From NCBI GenBank assembly GCA_021736135.1, contig JAIPGO010000007.1, positions 2,589-66,588 of the forward strand: 64,000 bases of DNA, read 5' to 3'. The position numbers and the translations under genes are program-made. The stretch's first letter is position 1. Every line of letters starts with the position of its first letter. A model generated the notes under the pieces. It had not been told where the DNA came from, searched no databases, and worked only from the letters and a program-made list of their open reading frames with translations. Positions 20,801-26,357 of the stretch are shown here, in pieces. The stretch is from Candidatus Cloacimonadota bacterium (lineage in GTDB: Bacteria > Cloacimonadota > Cloacimonadia > Cloacimonadales > TCS61).

Positions 20801-21458
20801 TCGAGGTTGCAAAGACAACTTTACTACTTTCAAGCATGATAATATATTAAGAAGTTTTAATCTTAATCAATATGAATTTAACGGTTCGCTGACCCTTGCT
20901 TCAGAAAATAACATTCCTGTAACTTCAAGAATAATCGCCTATTGCGATGATGAGATCAGAGGTATCAGCACTCTGCTGGATTACACGGAACAACTTGGCA
21001 GAAAATATTATGCTCTGATGGTTTACAGTAACCTGGAATATGAAGAAGGATTCCAGCTTTATTATCAGGAAGATGCAGGAAGTGAAATGATCCCTCTTGA
21101 TTACAGCTTTAATTTCGAAAGTGATATGATACTCGGTGATTTTATGGAACCGGTTGTTATTACTCTGCCCAATGTGGATAATGATGAGGTTATCAATCCT
21201 CAAAATACTTTCTCGGTTTATCCAAATCCCTTTAATCCTGAGACTACTATTCAATTTAATGTAGCTGAAGATTGTCAGGTCTCTCTGGATGTTTATAACA
21301 TTAAGGGACAGAAGATCGTTTCACTTATTAATGATAAGCTCGAATCCGGGAATCATTCCGTAACCTGGAATGCAGAATCATTCAGCAGCGGGATTTATTA
21401 CCTGCGTCTGGAAACTGACGGTAAGGTTCAATACCGAAAATCGATCCTCCTTAAATAG
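5811..21458 (+). CDS. giant (5215 aa) modular secreted/surface protein with T9SS-type C-terminal sorting domain; putative adhesin
   Basis: Signal peptide; P-domain (HTWISDL...WSLYAEDTVAGDTGYIDWF); 3x CARDB (PDL...N.G...ESNEDNN); Vps62-like region (~9980-10950); BACON; 3x PKD (WxWDFxNDG); 5x LamG (IAYYPFNGNA...GxIDDVRIY); 2x Ig-like repeats; 2x FGE-sulfatase (LPxExEWEKAARG, GNVWDW, GFRCV); 3 cadherin-like PVNDPP repeats; C-terminal YPNPFNPETTI...SSGIYYLRL. The start may be ATG 5817. Confidence 0.93.
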   Translation: MKMKREKRGLVLFIIVLFICTLNSEELRMKESGHYIKFTVDDSNIDFLSKLFSNINSIGDYDEFVDDQNIFQLLKEKNIGYNFVGVQYSYQSQRIPDRESRDQLLGSNTNNYNIPDLGSTASNFTMSNAPNGATITGISYDVKVIHTWISDLLLEINNGNRYLTVWNHAGGSDDDIYLNWIWSSYFDGEPLNDTWSLYAEDTVAGDTGYIDWFKINFFYDPPLPDLVIQNELVNNSSSSVEVYPGDQLSTSCRVRNIGDATADPEWVGYYFENDVPTSFNDLDNYIGNDGYGGWITGLPPNGYEDETYNYTVPTNTNPGPYFFAFYADYQEDTSESNEDNNLEYVTVYVLTPQQITQQYWSTTSSSGNEISNNTYFEAGTTIYLNVHATGYSSVDCYIYEDDIVRDGEQRLERDQLQSTVTVTGLSDGFGYATYTLPWVDDVSGGPEFYFRVLNSSSHQSNLVRVQDTTDPSVPVLSSPSNGTSFNFNQNTISFDWQNSNDGSGSGIDDYHIQVSTTSTFSTIEWEVNRSSSDASHTFDSGDTYYWHVNATDNQNNTSNYCSIRSFSISQPPPDLIIDNIYNLASSYYPGDTIEISFGVRNQGDGDSPPAEVGLYFSTSQYYVNGQPYDTFTTNSLVSNEIEYYTLSTTIPDNLTEGTIWANLYVDYNQVITEEEEGNNVNGESFTYYASDPPEISTYSPIPPLNIYTNDQITFNVQGSDQNGDLFQVKWWVNGGLIETHSISGSTFNDSYTKTGFAAIQNEITAIVWDEQGNCDEQAWVFTPVLPLPDLIVDNIYNLASTYYSGDDIEISFGVRNQGDGDSPPAEVGLYFSTSQYYVNGQLYDTFSTNSIVSGDIEYYTLNATVPDNLTEGIIWANLYVDYNQLIIEEDEDNNVDGESFEYNVPGLPEITNADLSPDMDFYPGQIFTASYTVDNSSNINIDGFLWFRVNTETGHYFTFPDESGEYYVPVTFTPGEHTYSRTCVISENTDPGTHDADLVITPTDGVWGDYWDWYEYPDALVIADLELNIISPVNDLELVQGDSFEIIWESNADFVSIFYDNDTNMENGGVNWIAALQEPNGNIPYNTSNFNLGVPYYIGVLASIREDDEVIFDVIEYATGTVTVLEENNPPYVDLESIQVPDALVSNNNLLTVAYCNEEGIEDIRYCGLRLDHPDPNVNDITMFYDNENDEWYLWEEYGIGYANLDDNPNVNTIGNNLSIIWNFDLLSTWPNTSEGIDVLFYVEDYDGNNNDWVSGNIDNLGYLDQSGLYYISGLGYEMQNNNLVVIDIGIFALTQSDGLTLSINSQNGNIISNIQNDPIEITLAGITNFEYPLQLNSNDPFIEDIAVDLRFEGEILTIPYSIRLDLNSISIINDDIAFSDQSQTLGGETIQSIIERFSPILKTDEIDDYRDHAPKDINAMINASETGEFEEMSIVEGGIYSHSVTSPGDFNTFNFVDSKLDLPNVDTFSQSHHEWSDDALQYLSELPNKIYARACEQFINLDGDELTYSGNSLIIQYWFPHIVNNLSNVPGVLAGNYHEGDVENATVILSLEEDIGYLKPLAMILSKHYSGSWSKWSEIEKSIEEDNLTEHPIIYIANGSHANFFSSNSEELTHSSTNADHDIHQGRGFWLSNNDINGEDFVYEVSLLPSLNDINSDNNSYSWLKYSGHWGSSIYDARLGISNPSPPMYPFTKYAHDGDIYRWLNPSGWIEHCIDVEEEYDHFDLGDDYLPELVNIETTYSGNNVIISGEIVIDELHDFDGYRIGFPLGYSQTSQLISNDVGIQNFELSVPNESFDFDDKIYLVSMNESLSQYHGNMMYEYVNMAIYETITIPNIAPEMPEDLYPDDGITLLDLFPTFSWSDFQDGGDGEICSGYQFRVLCDENNDEIVYDTGLIESAPFNFHTYSPGTYTGIDLVTGDERVSEHLEWFTHYHWHVRYQDSGGDWSSWSADDLDSHQDFYTPQEPTLNAEPEFIPITYSEGNESFVISNAGGSTMNWNAIVTDGSDWLTIFSGSSGTNTGYVVIQFDENTSLESRTGIIEITSSEAGNSPIEVIVYQYGTDMLNAPQIVSSDPETATWSNDNEINIAWEEPSSDRINLVLENENVEKIQNNLSRAVQGYCWSWDNLSQNNPGEDFCTNVLSTTSNPLADSNNWYFHIKAQDNNDNWGEITNYGPFYIDCTSPNGSISINDNATTTDSMIVDINLEMVDETSGISQMRYSNDGNSWSNWESFSPSKTNWDLATYGGNQIEGTKTVFCEVSDLAENIVQLEDQIILQYPDLVVDFIGEPTEVGIDEVVQFTDISTGNPTSWQWDFDNDGTVDSYIQDPVHAYPVAGTYTITLTISNELSRETTTMIKEDYITVNDAINPNELIAYYPFNGNADDESGNGNNGSINGADPVYDRFNSPNSAFEFDGSSDYIEVQDSGSFGLNEHSLVTWVNFDATGTRQLILGKHSNDGSWNDPYNIQLRNDHIHYSTRSNSTSVEQFLESDFIPEIDRWYFVAATYDGNTMSLYINDDTVLTIETEYDHLSSSDSNLRMGCSSSGSDYNFFDGKIDDVRIYDYALSESEIDNLYHENGWDEIVADFEAYPSNASVEETIQFTDLSVPQELIVSWAWDFENDGIIDSSNPNPVYAYPDSGEYSVSLTIEDTFGNTDTIVKENYITVNEGLNSEGLIAYYPFNGNAIDESGNGWDGTQYGNLDFSVADRFGNPNSAAFFDGIDDYISIGNEIDVTNNLPFSVSLWVSSNDIRNSGIISKYLNHSYNGFLFEQFESSEMRALYSNNQVNMVSCTAPVIADEYYHIAITASEDELNLYVNNQLASNDSWNGLSATSDAELIIGANTDDPDYTIHAFFSGIIDDIRIYNRELLPEDISNLYHENGWDIFEEGLIAHYPLNGNAEEISGFDHQGIVYGAQPTEDRFSNSSGAMLFDGIDQFISTDLVLQYNNDDSFTWSVWIRSDAIVNSTGLSVAMGFEGTNAGEIKVGVYDSNNPNANKAVARSRCDAYASHGGEHIAYSYNPIANDNQWHYLVWIRDRENLQYKFYMDGNLEMSLDDNNDNFINGSSRLLGIGCQSHNAGWENYFNGAIDDVRIYNRTLSEQEMSDLYHEGDWDIEENELVAHYPLDGDTNDVSIYGNNGSISGAIPAPDRFNNENSAYDFDGQNDVLNAGDYHLWDDEISLSIWINPQSYSNGGNPLFDKHDEFNLTVPLGDSLSFHLVNVGTLKAPNVPQIGNWSHIVASYDNNLMKLYLDNLLIAEKEYSGQIPDSGYPLYIASDETAVHNYLDATIDDVRIYNYSLSESEIDDLYHESGWDVIVADFEAYPAIASIGDSIQFTDLSIPLELITSWAWDFTNDGIIDSNDPNPVYAYLDSGEYSVNLTIEDTYGNTDTVVKENYITVNEVSIPDGLIAYYPFNGNAYDESGNGNNGDAHEVTISNDRFGNDNSAYEFDGESSKINLGSDDSIDFLFSPTKMDSSFTISIWFNLYSLQPQFGFYPLLHIGQSSPSWQFNIGIRDIDFGENIYCGSHGFIENMYANNPTEIDMWYHTLTVYDGSSHTAMLYVNNELNASIIVSPGDSENEDENVYIGYGQAWDSHFNGLIDDVRIYNYALSESDIDELYHENGWDEATITISNPNSSTIWNQGEGFSIDWTDATGSEVQFLIFKDGLELGICHEWTANDGNCNGSLVNPSWGTGSGYQIKAIDSDGNFGWSEEFVIEDGSSIEVTNPNSSTIWYQESDFYIEWSGSEADHVEVIIYQDENEIGICHQLTLNDGICHGLVESYWGTGSNFRVKVVDDNGEFGWSEEFRIEAANEFECSYVEAGDFTFGQNDDIQTIDYDYKIMKYEVTNAQYLEYLEAALEDSLIWIQDGNVYGYYEGDDVNPTGNYLFYYLNYPINYNYARISYDRNSFVIEIPPSYNAGDFDNHPVVCVSWFGANAFANYYGLRLPSEFEWEKAARGLSGSDYPWGDQLDGSRANYYQSGDPWDNGTTPVGYFNGQDSTQMTYSKYGCFDMCGNVWDWTTDFSDSYRKLKGGSWWSEDSNNDLKSWFDYDSSYETYYTYGFRCVKDTALTNSAPDLPVNPIPETGAINVDIDMILTWECSDPDNDQLTYDVYLGTVPQLDENHLKISGINFTSYEPDSLDFNTPFYWKIVASDGELETEGEIWSFVTTTGSIEDSWAYVEAGEFTWGQNDEILTIDYDYEIMKYEVTNAQYVEYLEAAFADSMIWIQDGDVYGHYETGDYKFYDLGTPSSDNYARISYDGCSFIINVPSSFNSGEFDNHPVVYVTWYGANDYVEYYGWKLPTEQEWEKAARGMTGYEYPWGDSLSGDRANYRDSGDVWDNGTTPVGFYNGQNFNGFQTTNSQSPYGCYDMSGNVWDWIDSDNNLRGGSWSGSSSSSSDFLSWTQHNISPTYSHYGHGFRCVRNDELTLQLNLPESIEFNEDESTSRDIGEYITYTYPEELNISCDGNSNIIISDDGLVLHFCATENWFGQELIYVSVFTNTSRQSVTDSMFITVLPVNDPPELIILLPNIEFYEDTQSVPLDLSLYFVDVDGDELSYSVASLDTAGIFEINNYILTISVDENWNGIFDVYLTASDSYSRLSVTDTMMVTVFPVNDPPVIEFTESISFTDFATVDFSSNIYDVDGDEVTLTASGNENIIVEIDMPYVTFSVDNWFGSEWITFTVDDNVSRLTASDSVLVTSLSPCTPPDWQVNPADYEYNGSIWSIVFLEDVQIDHTNGILGCFVDEECRGIASFANGTVVDYTDVPIFNHVAFMPMIYSNETSGEILDFVYWDPYTCEQFNVSEHLGFVADMAIGDGITPFEFHASPEIPISKSLTAGWNWISLNVLSESMNINNVLSSIGESGDYIKNQATFATYYPGAGWFGSLNEISIYSMYMLDMNQPDTLEFLGSPIDVIDTEFNIVHGWNWISFAPQESEPINYALYGLDDNASYIKNQTSFANYYTGAGWFGALSSMSPLDGYKLDADSVCVFTYPSPETVSRGCKDNFTTFKHDNILRSFNLNQYEFNGSLTLASENNIPVTSRIIAYCDDEIRGISTLLDYTEQLGRKYYALMVYSNLEYEEGFQLYYQEDAGSEMIPLDYSFNFESDMILGDFMEPVVITLPNVDNDEVINPQNTFSVYPNPFNPETTIQFNVAEDCQVSLDVYNIKGQKIVSLINDKLESGNHSVTWNAESFSSGIYYLRLETDGKVQYRKSILLK
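7520..8515 (+). repeat. intragenic duplication of a CARDB module (~7520-7870 and ~8165-8515)
   Basis: Near-identical DNA: gacttaattattgacaatatatacaat... versus gacttaattgttgacaatatatacaat... Confidence 0.9.
13475..16005 (+). repeat. intragenic duplication of LamG tail + PKD (~13475-13810 and ~15670-16005)
   Basis: Both encode LSESEIDxLYHExGWDxIVADFEAYP...WAWDFxNDGIIDS...KENYITVNE with high DNA identity. Confidence 0.9.
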
Positions 21459-21471
21459 TTTCAAATCCCTT

Positions 21472-21512
21472 AGAAAAGAAGCTCCCTGTTTTAAGGGAGC
21501 TTCTCTTTCTTC
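21472..21512 (+). terminator. intrinsic terminator after the giant gene
   Basis: gaagctccct-gtttta-agggagcttc hairpin followed by a pyrimidine run. Confidence 0.75.
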
Positions 21513-21801
21513 GTGACTCGTGATTCGAGAAAACCGTAACCCGAAACTCGAAATCCGAGATACGTAAAACAAGAATATGTGAATGATGATCAGACTTGAT
21601 CCGATCACCATTCACATTGAGCAAACTCATTTTACATTTACTCTTTGTCCTTTGTAGTAAGAAATTATCCGTGTTAATCCGTGTGATCCGTGGCTTAAGA
21701 AGTGTTTTGTGAAAACGATTCACGCACCACGACTCACGTTTTATATTGACGATTTGCTGGTATTTATTTTAATTAGCTGGATTTCAATTAAGGAGTTTAT
21801 T

Positions 21802-22173
21802 ATGGACAGATTTCAGGCTGCGTTTAAGATACTCTATCTGATTTCCTGTGTTGACGGAGAGACCTGTGGTGAGGAACTGGATATTATAATGGCTTATTTG
21901 AAAAAGAACCAGGAAGATATTGTTTTTGATCATCGTAAGGTAATGCAATCATTACTCTTTCTCAGTAGAGAAGGCTCCCTCAATGAATTAAAAAATTCCG
22001 CGGCTGTCTTTAAAGAACTCTCTAATCAGGAAAATAGACTCTGTTTATTGGATTTTGCCTTCAATTTAGTTGTCGCTGATGGCAGAATTTCTGCAGATGA
22101 GATCAGAATGTTTAATATCCTGGGCGAGATATGGGAGATTGATATCGACGAATTTTTGAAGAATAAACAGTAA
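21802..22173 (+). CDS. TerB-family (tellurite resistance-like) protein
   Basis: xDGxxxxEE...LxxAxxLVVADGRISADE pattern; SD AGGAG before ATG 21802. Confidence 0.8.
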   Translation: MDRFQAAFKILYLISCVDGETCGEELDIIMAYLKKNQEDIVFDHRKVMQSLLFLSREGSLNELKNSAAVFKELSNQENRLCLLDFAFNLVVADGRISADEIRMFNILGEIWEIDIDEFLKNKQ

Positions 22174-22905
22174 ATGGGAATTAGTGAGACGTGAGATGTG
22201 AGGCAGAAGAAGAATCGAAATCCGAGAAACTACAGAGCGGGGGGGTGACTAAGAGCCAAAAACCGGGGTCAATCTTCATCCATCCTCAATTCTTAATTCT
22301 TAATTCTAAATCTTAATTATATAGAACGTTTCCCCTCTTTTCTCTCAATTTAATTCTCGAAACTTATTCTAACTCTTTCCTACCATTGTTATCTAATAAA
22401 ATCTAACTATCTCATTAATATATAATTAAATATCATCTATTCCTGTCTTCCGGTACACTCCGATTGGCATCCGAATGGCTTGGCTGAATCATATGATATA
22501 TGATTTTAAGTTACGCTTATACATTATTACACCTGTTCTACATCCTTCCAGTCATTTGTGAATCGTTAATCTTGATCAGAGATACGAAATTTGAGATCCG
22601 GGATCCCTGAACCCTAAATCGGCTCTTCATAATCCCAATCACAAGTCGCGAATTAGTAGAGTCACACTGAATGAAGTGAAAGATATTTTCAATTAAACAC
22701 ATTTTATCCTTGTAAATCCATGTGATCCGTGGCTGTAATAGTGAAACTGTGGGTCTGTGGAATTGAGATATAGCTTTAGTCAATTATAATGAATATTTTC
22801 TCTGTGACCTTTGTGGTGAAAATGAATTTCACTTTCGTGTTTTCTGGTTTTCCTGTCGTCGTGTAGTCGGGTTTTCCTGTCGTCAGGAAGTCTAATTTTG
22901 CTTAA

Positions 22906-23352
22906 TTACAGCCATCTTCCGGTTTGACGACTATATGTATTCCATTTGTTACCAAAGCATTTTGCCAGTTTATCTTCTTCGGATTTTATATAAAAGAGAC
23001 TGATCAATATAGGAAATAGGATTACAATGATGATCGTTGAAAGGAAACTCAACAATAGAAACACTCCCAGCAAAATCGCCGAAAATCCCAGATACATGGG
23101 ATTACGGCTGATGGCGAAAGCGCCGTCAATGATCAACTCTGTTGATTCTTCAAAGGGATTTACCGGAGTGTTATGCTTTTTCATCTGCTTATCTGCCCGA
23201 AAATTTATATAGATGCCAAAAGCAAGCGGCACCAGTCCGGACAGGTTGTAGGGAAAATTAAAAAGCTTCATTACCGGAAAGGCAAAATGGAGTATTACCA
23301 TCAAAATCAATGCCAGCAACAGGCAAGTAGTTGGCATAATTTTTCTTTTCAT
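22906..23352 (-). CDS. isoprenylcysteine carboxylmethyltransferase (ICMT/PEMT) family membrane protein
   Basis: LIIDGAFAISRNPMYLG, EEDKLAKCFGNKWNTY...RWL; SD AGGAG before MKRKI. Confidence 0.9.
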   Translation of the reverse strand: MKRKIMPTTCLLLALILMVILHFAFPVMKLFNFPYNLSGLVPLAFGIYINFRADKQMKKHNTPVNPFEESTELIIDGAFAISRNPMYLGFSAILLGVFLLLSFLSTIIIVILFPILISLFYIKSEEDKLAKCFGNKWNTYSRQTGRWL

Positions 23353-23648
23353 ATCAGCATCTCCTATAATCGGGTAAAATGTAAATTTACCGACCTGCCT
23401 GTCAACTAAAAAACTGATATTTTGAATAGAGTCGGCACTCATCCCCTCGAAGACTATTCCATAGATTCCGCAAAGGATGGAAACTCACTGCGTTCGTTTT
23501 GTGATCGCCTGATTTGGTTTTCATGCTCGTGCCCCACTTGCGAAATAAGCCAGCCATACGCGTGTACCTGGGAGTGATTTCATTAATGAATTGACTGAAA
23601 AATGAGGATAATTATGGTTGCCTAAGTAAAATTTTGTTAAGGTAGAAT

Positions 23649-26333
23649 ATGACGAAGAGTGTTAAGAGGAAGTTAAAACGTCAGCATAGTTCCAGTTACT
23701 ATCAGTGGCGTTATTTATACGTGTTTCTATGCATTATAACTTTTTTTCTGGGAATTGGGTTCGGGATGTTCTATTATTACAGCAAGGAATTGCCCCCCCT
23801 TTCAGAGCTTGATCATTATGATATGAAGGTTGGTTCGGAAGTATTTGACCGCAATGACAGGCTGATCCATACATTTGCCTTTGAGCATAGAACACTCACG
23901 GATTTAACCGAACTTCCTCCTCATATAGCGGAGATCCTGCTTTGTGTGGAAGACACGAAATTCCAGGATCACTGGGGAGTGGATCTGGTGGGATTCATGC
24001 GTTCCATAGTCTCAAATATCCAGACGCTGAGCTTTTCGCAGGGTGCTTCAACGATTACTCAGCAACTGGCACGCAATTTGTTTCTTTCACTGGATAAAAC
24101 AATCCCGCGCAAGATTAAGGAAATGATGCTGGCAGTATTGATCGAGCAGAATTATTCCAAAGAAGAGATAATGGAGATGTATCTGAACAAAGTACCTTTC
24201 GGCACGGGAACATATGGCATTGAATCGGCAAGCGGGAAGTTTTTTGGTAAAGAAGCGAAAAATTTGACCATCTCAGAGACGGCTACCCTTATCGGGTTGA
24301 TCCAGTTGCCCAATGCCTATTCACCAAAACATCATCCCCAACGCGCATTATGGCGGAAAAATATAGTACTGCAGCGCCTCAAGAAAGAGAAAGTGATAGA
24401 TCTGGTGGAATATAATATCGCTCTGGAGGATTCCATCAGGCTGGTTCCGGAAATTACTCTGGGATCTTCCAAAGATTATTTTATAGAGCACATTCGACCA
24501 ATACTGGAGCGTAAATATGGCACGCACCGGTTGTTTGGCGGAGGTTTGAAAATATATACCACTCTGGACGGTGAGTTACAGGCATATGCAGACACTATAT
24601 TGAACCGGGAACTGATCAAGTTTGAAGAGAAGAATAACTATGAAGTTAAATATAATGATTTTCCGGCAGATACGGTAAATATAGTTACTGATTATGTGCA
24701 GGGTGGAGTATTAAGCATAGAGCCGGAGACGGGATATGTGCGGGTATTGGTAGGCGGTCGTAATTTCAATCACAGTAAGCTGAACCGGATGATGCAGTCA
24801 AACCGGCTTCCTGGTTCATCATTTAAGCCGATACTCTATACAACAGCTCTTGATAATGGTTATACTCCGGCAACGGTGATCAAGGATGAGCCGATATGTT
24901 TTATCGAATGTGACAGCATATACTGGAAACCGCATAATTATTCCCGCAAGTCCTTTGGTTATCTTCGAATGCGGGAAGCGCTGACTTACTCCAGAAACAT
25001 CTGGGCGATTAAGATGTTATATGACCTCACACCGCGGCGGGTGAAAGAATATGCGCGGCGTTTCGGCATTACCACACCCATCTGGGAAGTATATTCGATG
25101 GCGATAGGAACCAATGCCGTATTACCCTTTGAACTGATCTCCGGTTATACTACGTTTCCCAACAACGGTGAGCGGGTACAGCCCGTTTTTATCAGACGCA
25201 TTGAAGACAGTAATGGAAATATTCTGGAAGAAAATAAACCGGAAAAGATTCGGGTGGTAAATGAACAGGTAGCCTGGCTGATGACAAGCATGATGCAAAG
25301 CGTAACCGAAGAGGGTACAGGAGCCGGCATCCGCTGGCGCGGATATAAATGGGCAGCCGGAGGAAAAACCGGTACAACTGATGATTTTCGTGATGCCTGG
25401 TTCATCGGGTATAACCGGAAGCTGGTTACAGGTGTCTGGGTAGGTTTTGATAATAACGAAACGCTGGGCAACAGTCAATCCGGTGCCGTAGCAGCCTTAC
25501 CGGCCTGGCCCTATATTATGAAGAAGGCTATAGAGCTGGATTCGCCTGTAAATAATAAGGGAAAACCCATCATCGACAGCTCAATCTATGAATTTGAACA
25601 GCCGGGAGGCATTCGCAAAGTGACCATATCCAAGGAAACAGGGCTGTTGCCCCGTACTTCTTATGAAGAAACAATTGAGGAATATTTTATCAGCGGTACG
25701 GAACCAACTCTGCTATCTGATTCGCTGGCATATAACTTCCTGCCCACAATTTACAGAGAAAACAACAAGGACTCACTGGTTTACGATCTGGGAGGGTATT
25801 ACTATAAATATCCTGATACTCCGGAAGTAAAAATTCGCAGATTTAATCCCCAAAATCGTAACGAGCAGGGCTATTATCCACGTTTGAATTTGAAGAATGC
25901 CGTAGATTCCTTATATTATTATTTGAATGGCAGCAGATATCGGCTTCCTGGTTATGTGGACAGCCTTATTATCGAAAGAAATGTGATTTCAGCTCGAGAC
26001 AGTCTGGGCAACGAAATTGCTGCAAACAGCAATGATGCAAAAGTCTTCAGTTACGGAGACAGCATCAGCTACCGGTTTAAGCCGGCTATTTTTGCCCAAA
26101 GCCAGATTGATTCCGTATTCTACTACCAGAATGGTGATGCGTATCCCTGGCCTGCTGATTATCTCTGTCTGAAGAAAAAGATACCTAAACGCCCGGATTT
26201 ACGGGGTGCACAGGTTTACAGGAAACAGAAACCGGTGGAAATACCGGATAGTCTATTATACTGGATGATGCCGGACTCACTGCAAAGCAAACCACTGCCC
26301 GATAGCGAGGAATCAGGATTCTGGGATCGGTAA
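23649..26333 (+). CDS. mrcA: class A penicillin-binding protein 1A with an unusual C-terminal extension
   Basis: Transglycosylase motifs EDTKFQDHWGVD, QGASTITQQLARNLF, RKIKE; transpeptidase motifs SSFK, SRN, GKTGTT. Confidence 0.93.
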   Translation: MTKSVKRKLKRQHSSSYYQWRYLYVFLCIITFFLGIGFGMFYYYSKELPPLSELDHYDMKVGSEVFDRNDRLIHTFAFEHRTLTDLTELPPHIAEILLCVEDTKFQDHWGVDLVGFMRSIVSNIQTLSFSQGASTITQQLARNLFLSLDKTIPRKIKEMMLAVLIEQNYSKEEIMEMYLNKVPFGTGTYGIESASGKFFGKEAKNLTISETATLIGLIQLPNAYSPKHHPQRALWRKNIVLQRLKKEKVIDLVEYNIALEDSIRLVPEITLGSSKDYFIEHIRPILERKYGTHRLFGGGLKIYTTLDGELQAYADTILNRELIKFEEKNNYEVKYNDFPADTVNIVTDYVQGGVLSIEPETGYVRVLVGGRNFNHSKLNRMMQSNRLPGSSFKPILYTTALDNGYTPATVIKDEPICFIECDSIYWKPHNYSRKSFGYLRMREALTYSRNIWAIKMLYDLTPRRVKEYARRFGITTPIWEVYSMAIGTNAVLPFELISGYTTFPNNGERVQPVFIRRIEDSNGNILEENKPEKIRVVNEQVAWLMTSMMQSVTEEGTGAGIRWRGYKWAAGGKTGTTDDFRDAWFIGYNRKLVTGVWVGFDNNETLGNSQSGAVAALPAWPYIMKKAIELDSPVNNKGKPIIDSSIYEFEQPGGIRKVTISKETGLLPRTSYEETIEEYFISGTEPTLLSDSLAYNFLPTIYRENNKDSLVYDLGGYYYKYPDTPEVKIRRFNPQNRNEQGYYPRLNLKNAVDSLYYYLNGSRYRLPGYVDSLIIERNVISARDSLGNEIAANSNDAKVFSYGDSISYRFKPAIFAQSQIDSVFYYQNGDAYPWPADYLCLKKKIPKRPDLRGAQVYRKQKPVEIPDSLLYWMMPDSLQSKPLPDSEESGFWDR

Positions 26334-26357
26334 AATATGAGACTTTAGTCGTGAGAA

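Noticed and set aside
21451-22783. small ORFs 21378-21611, 21451-21723 and 22538-22783
   Set aside because: They are translations of micro-array DNA (PRITRINTD, SRFRVQGSRIS) with no SD or protein features.
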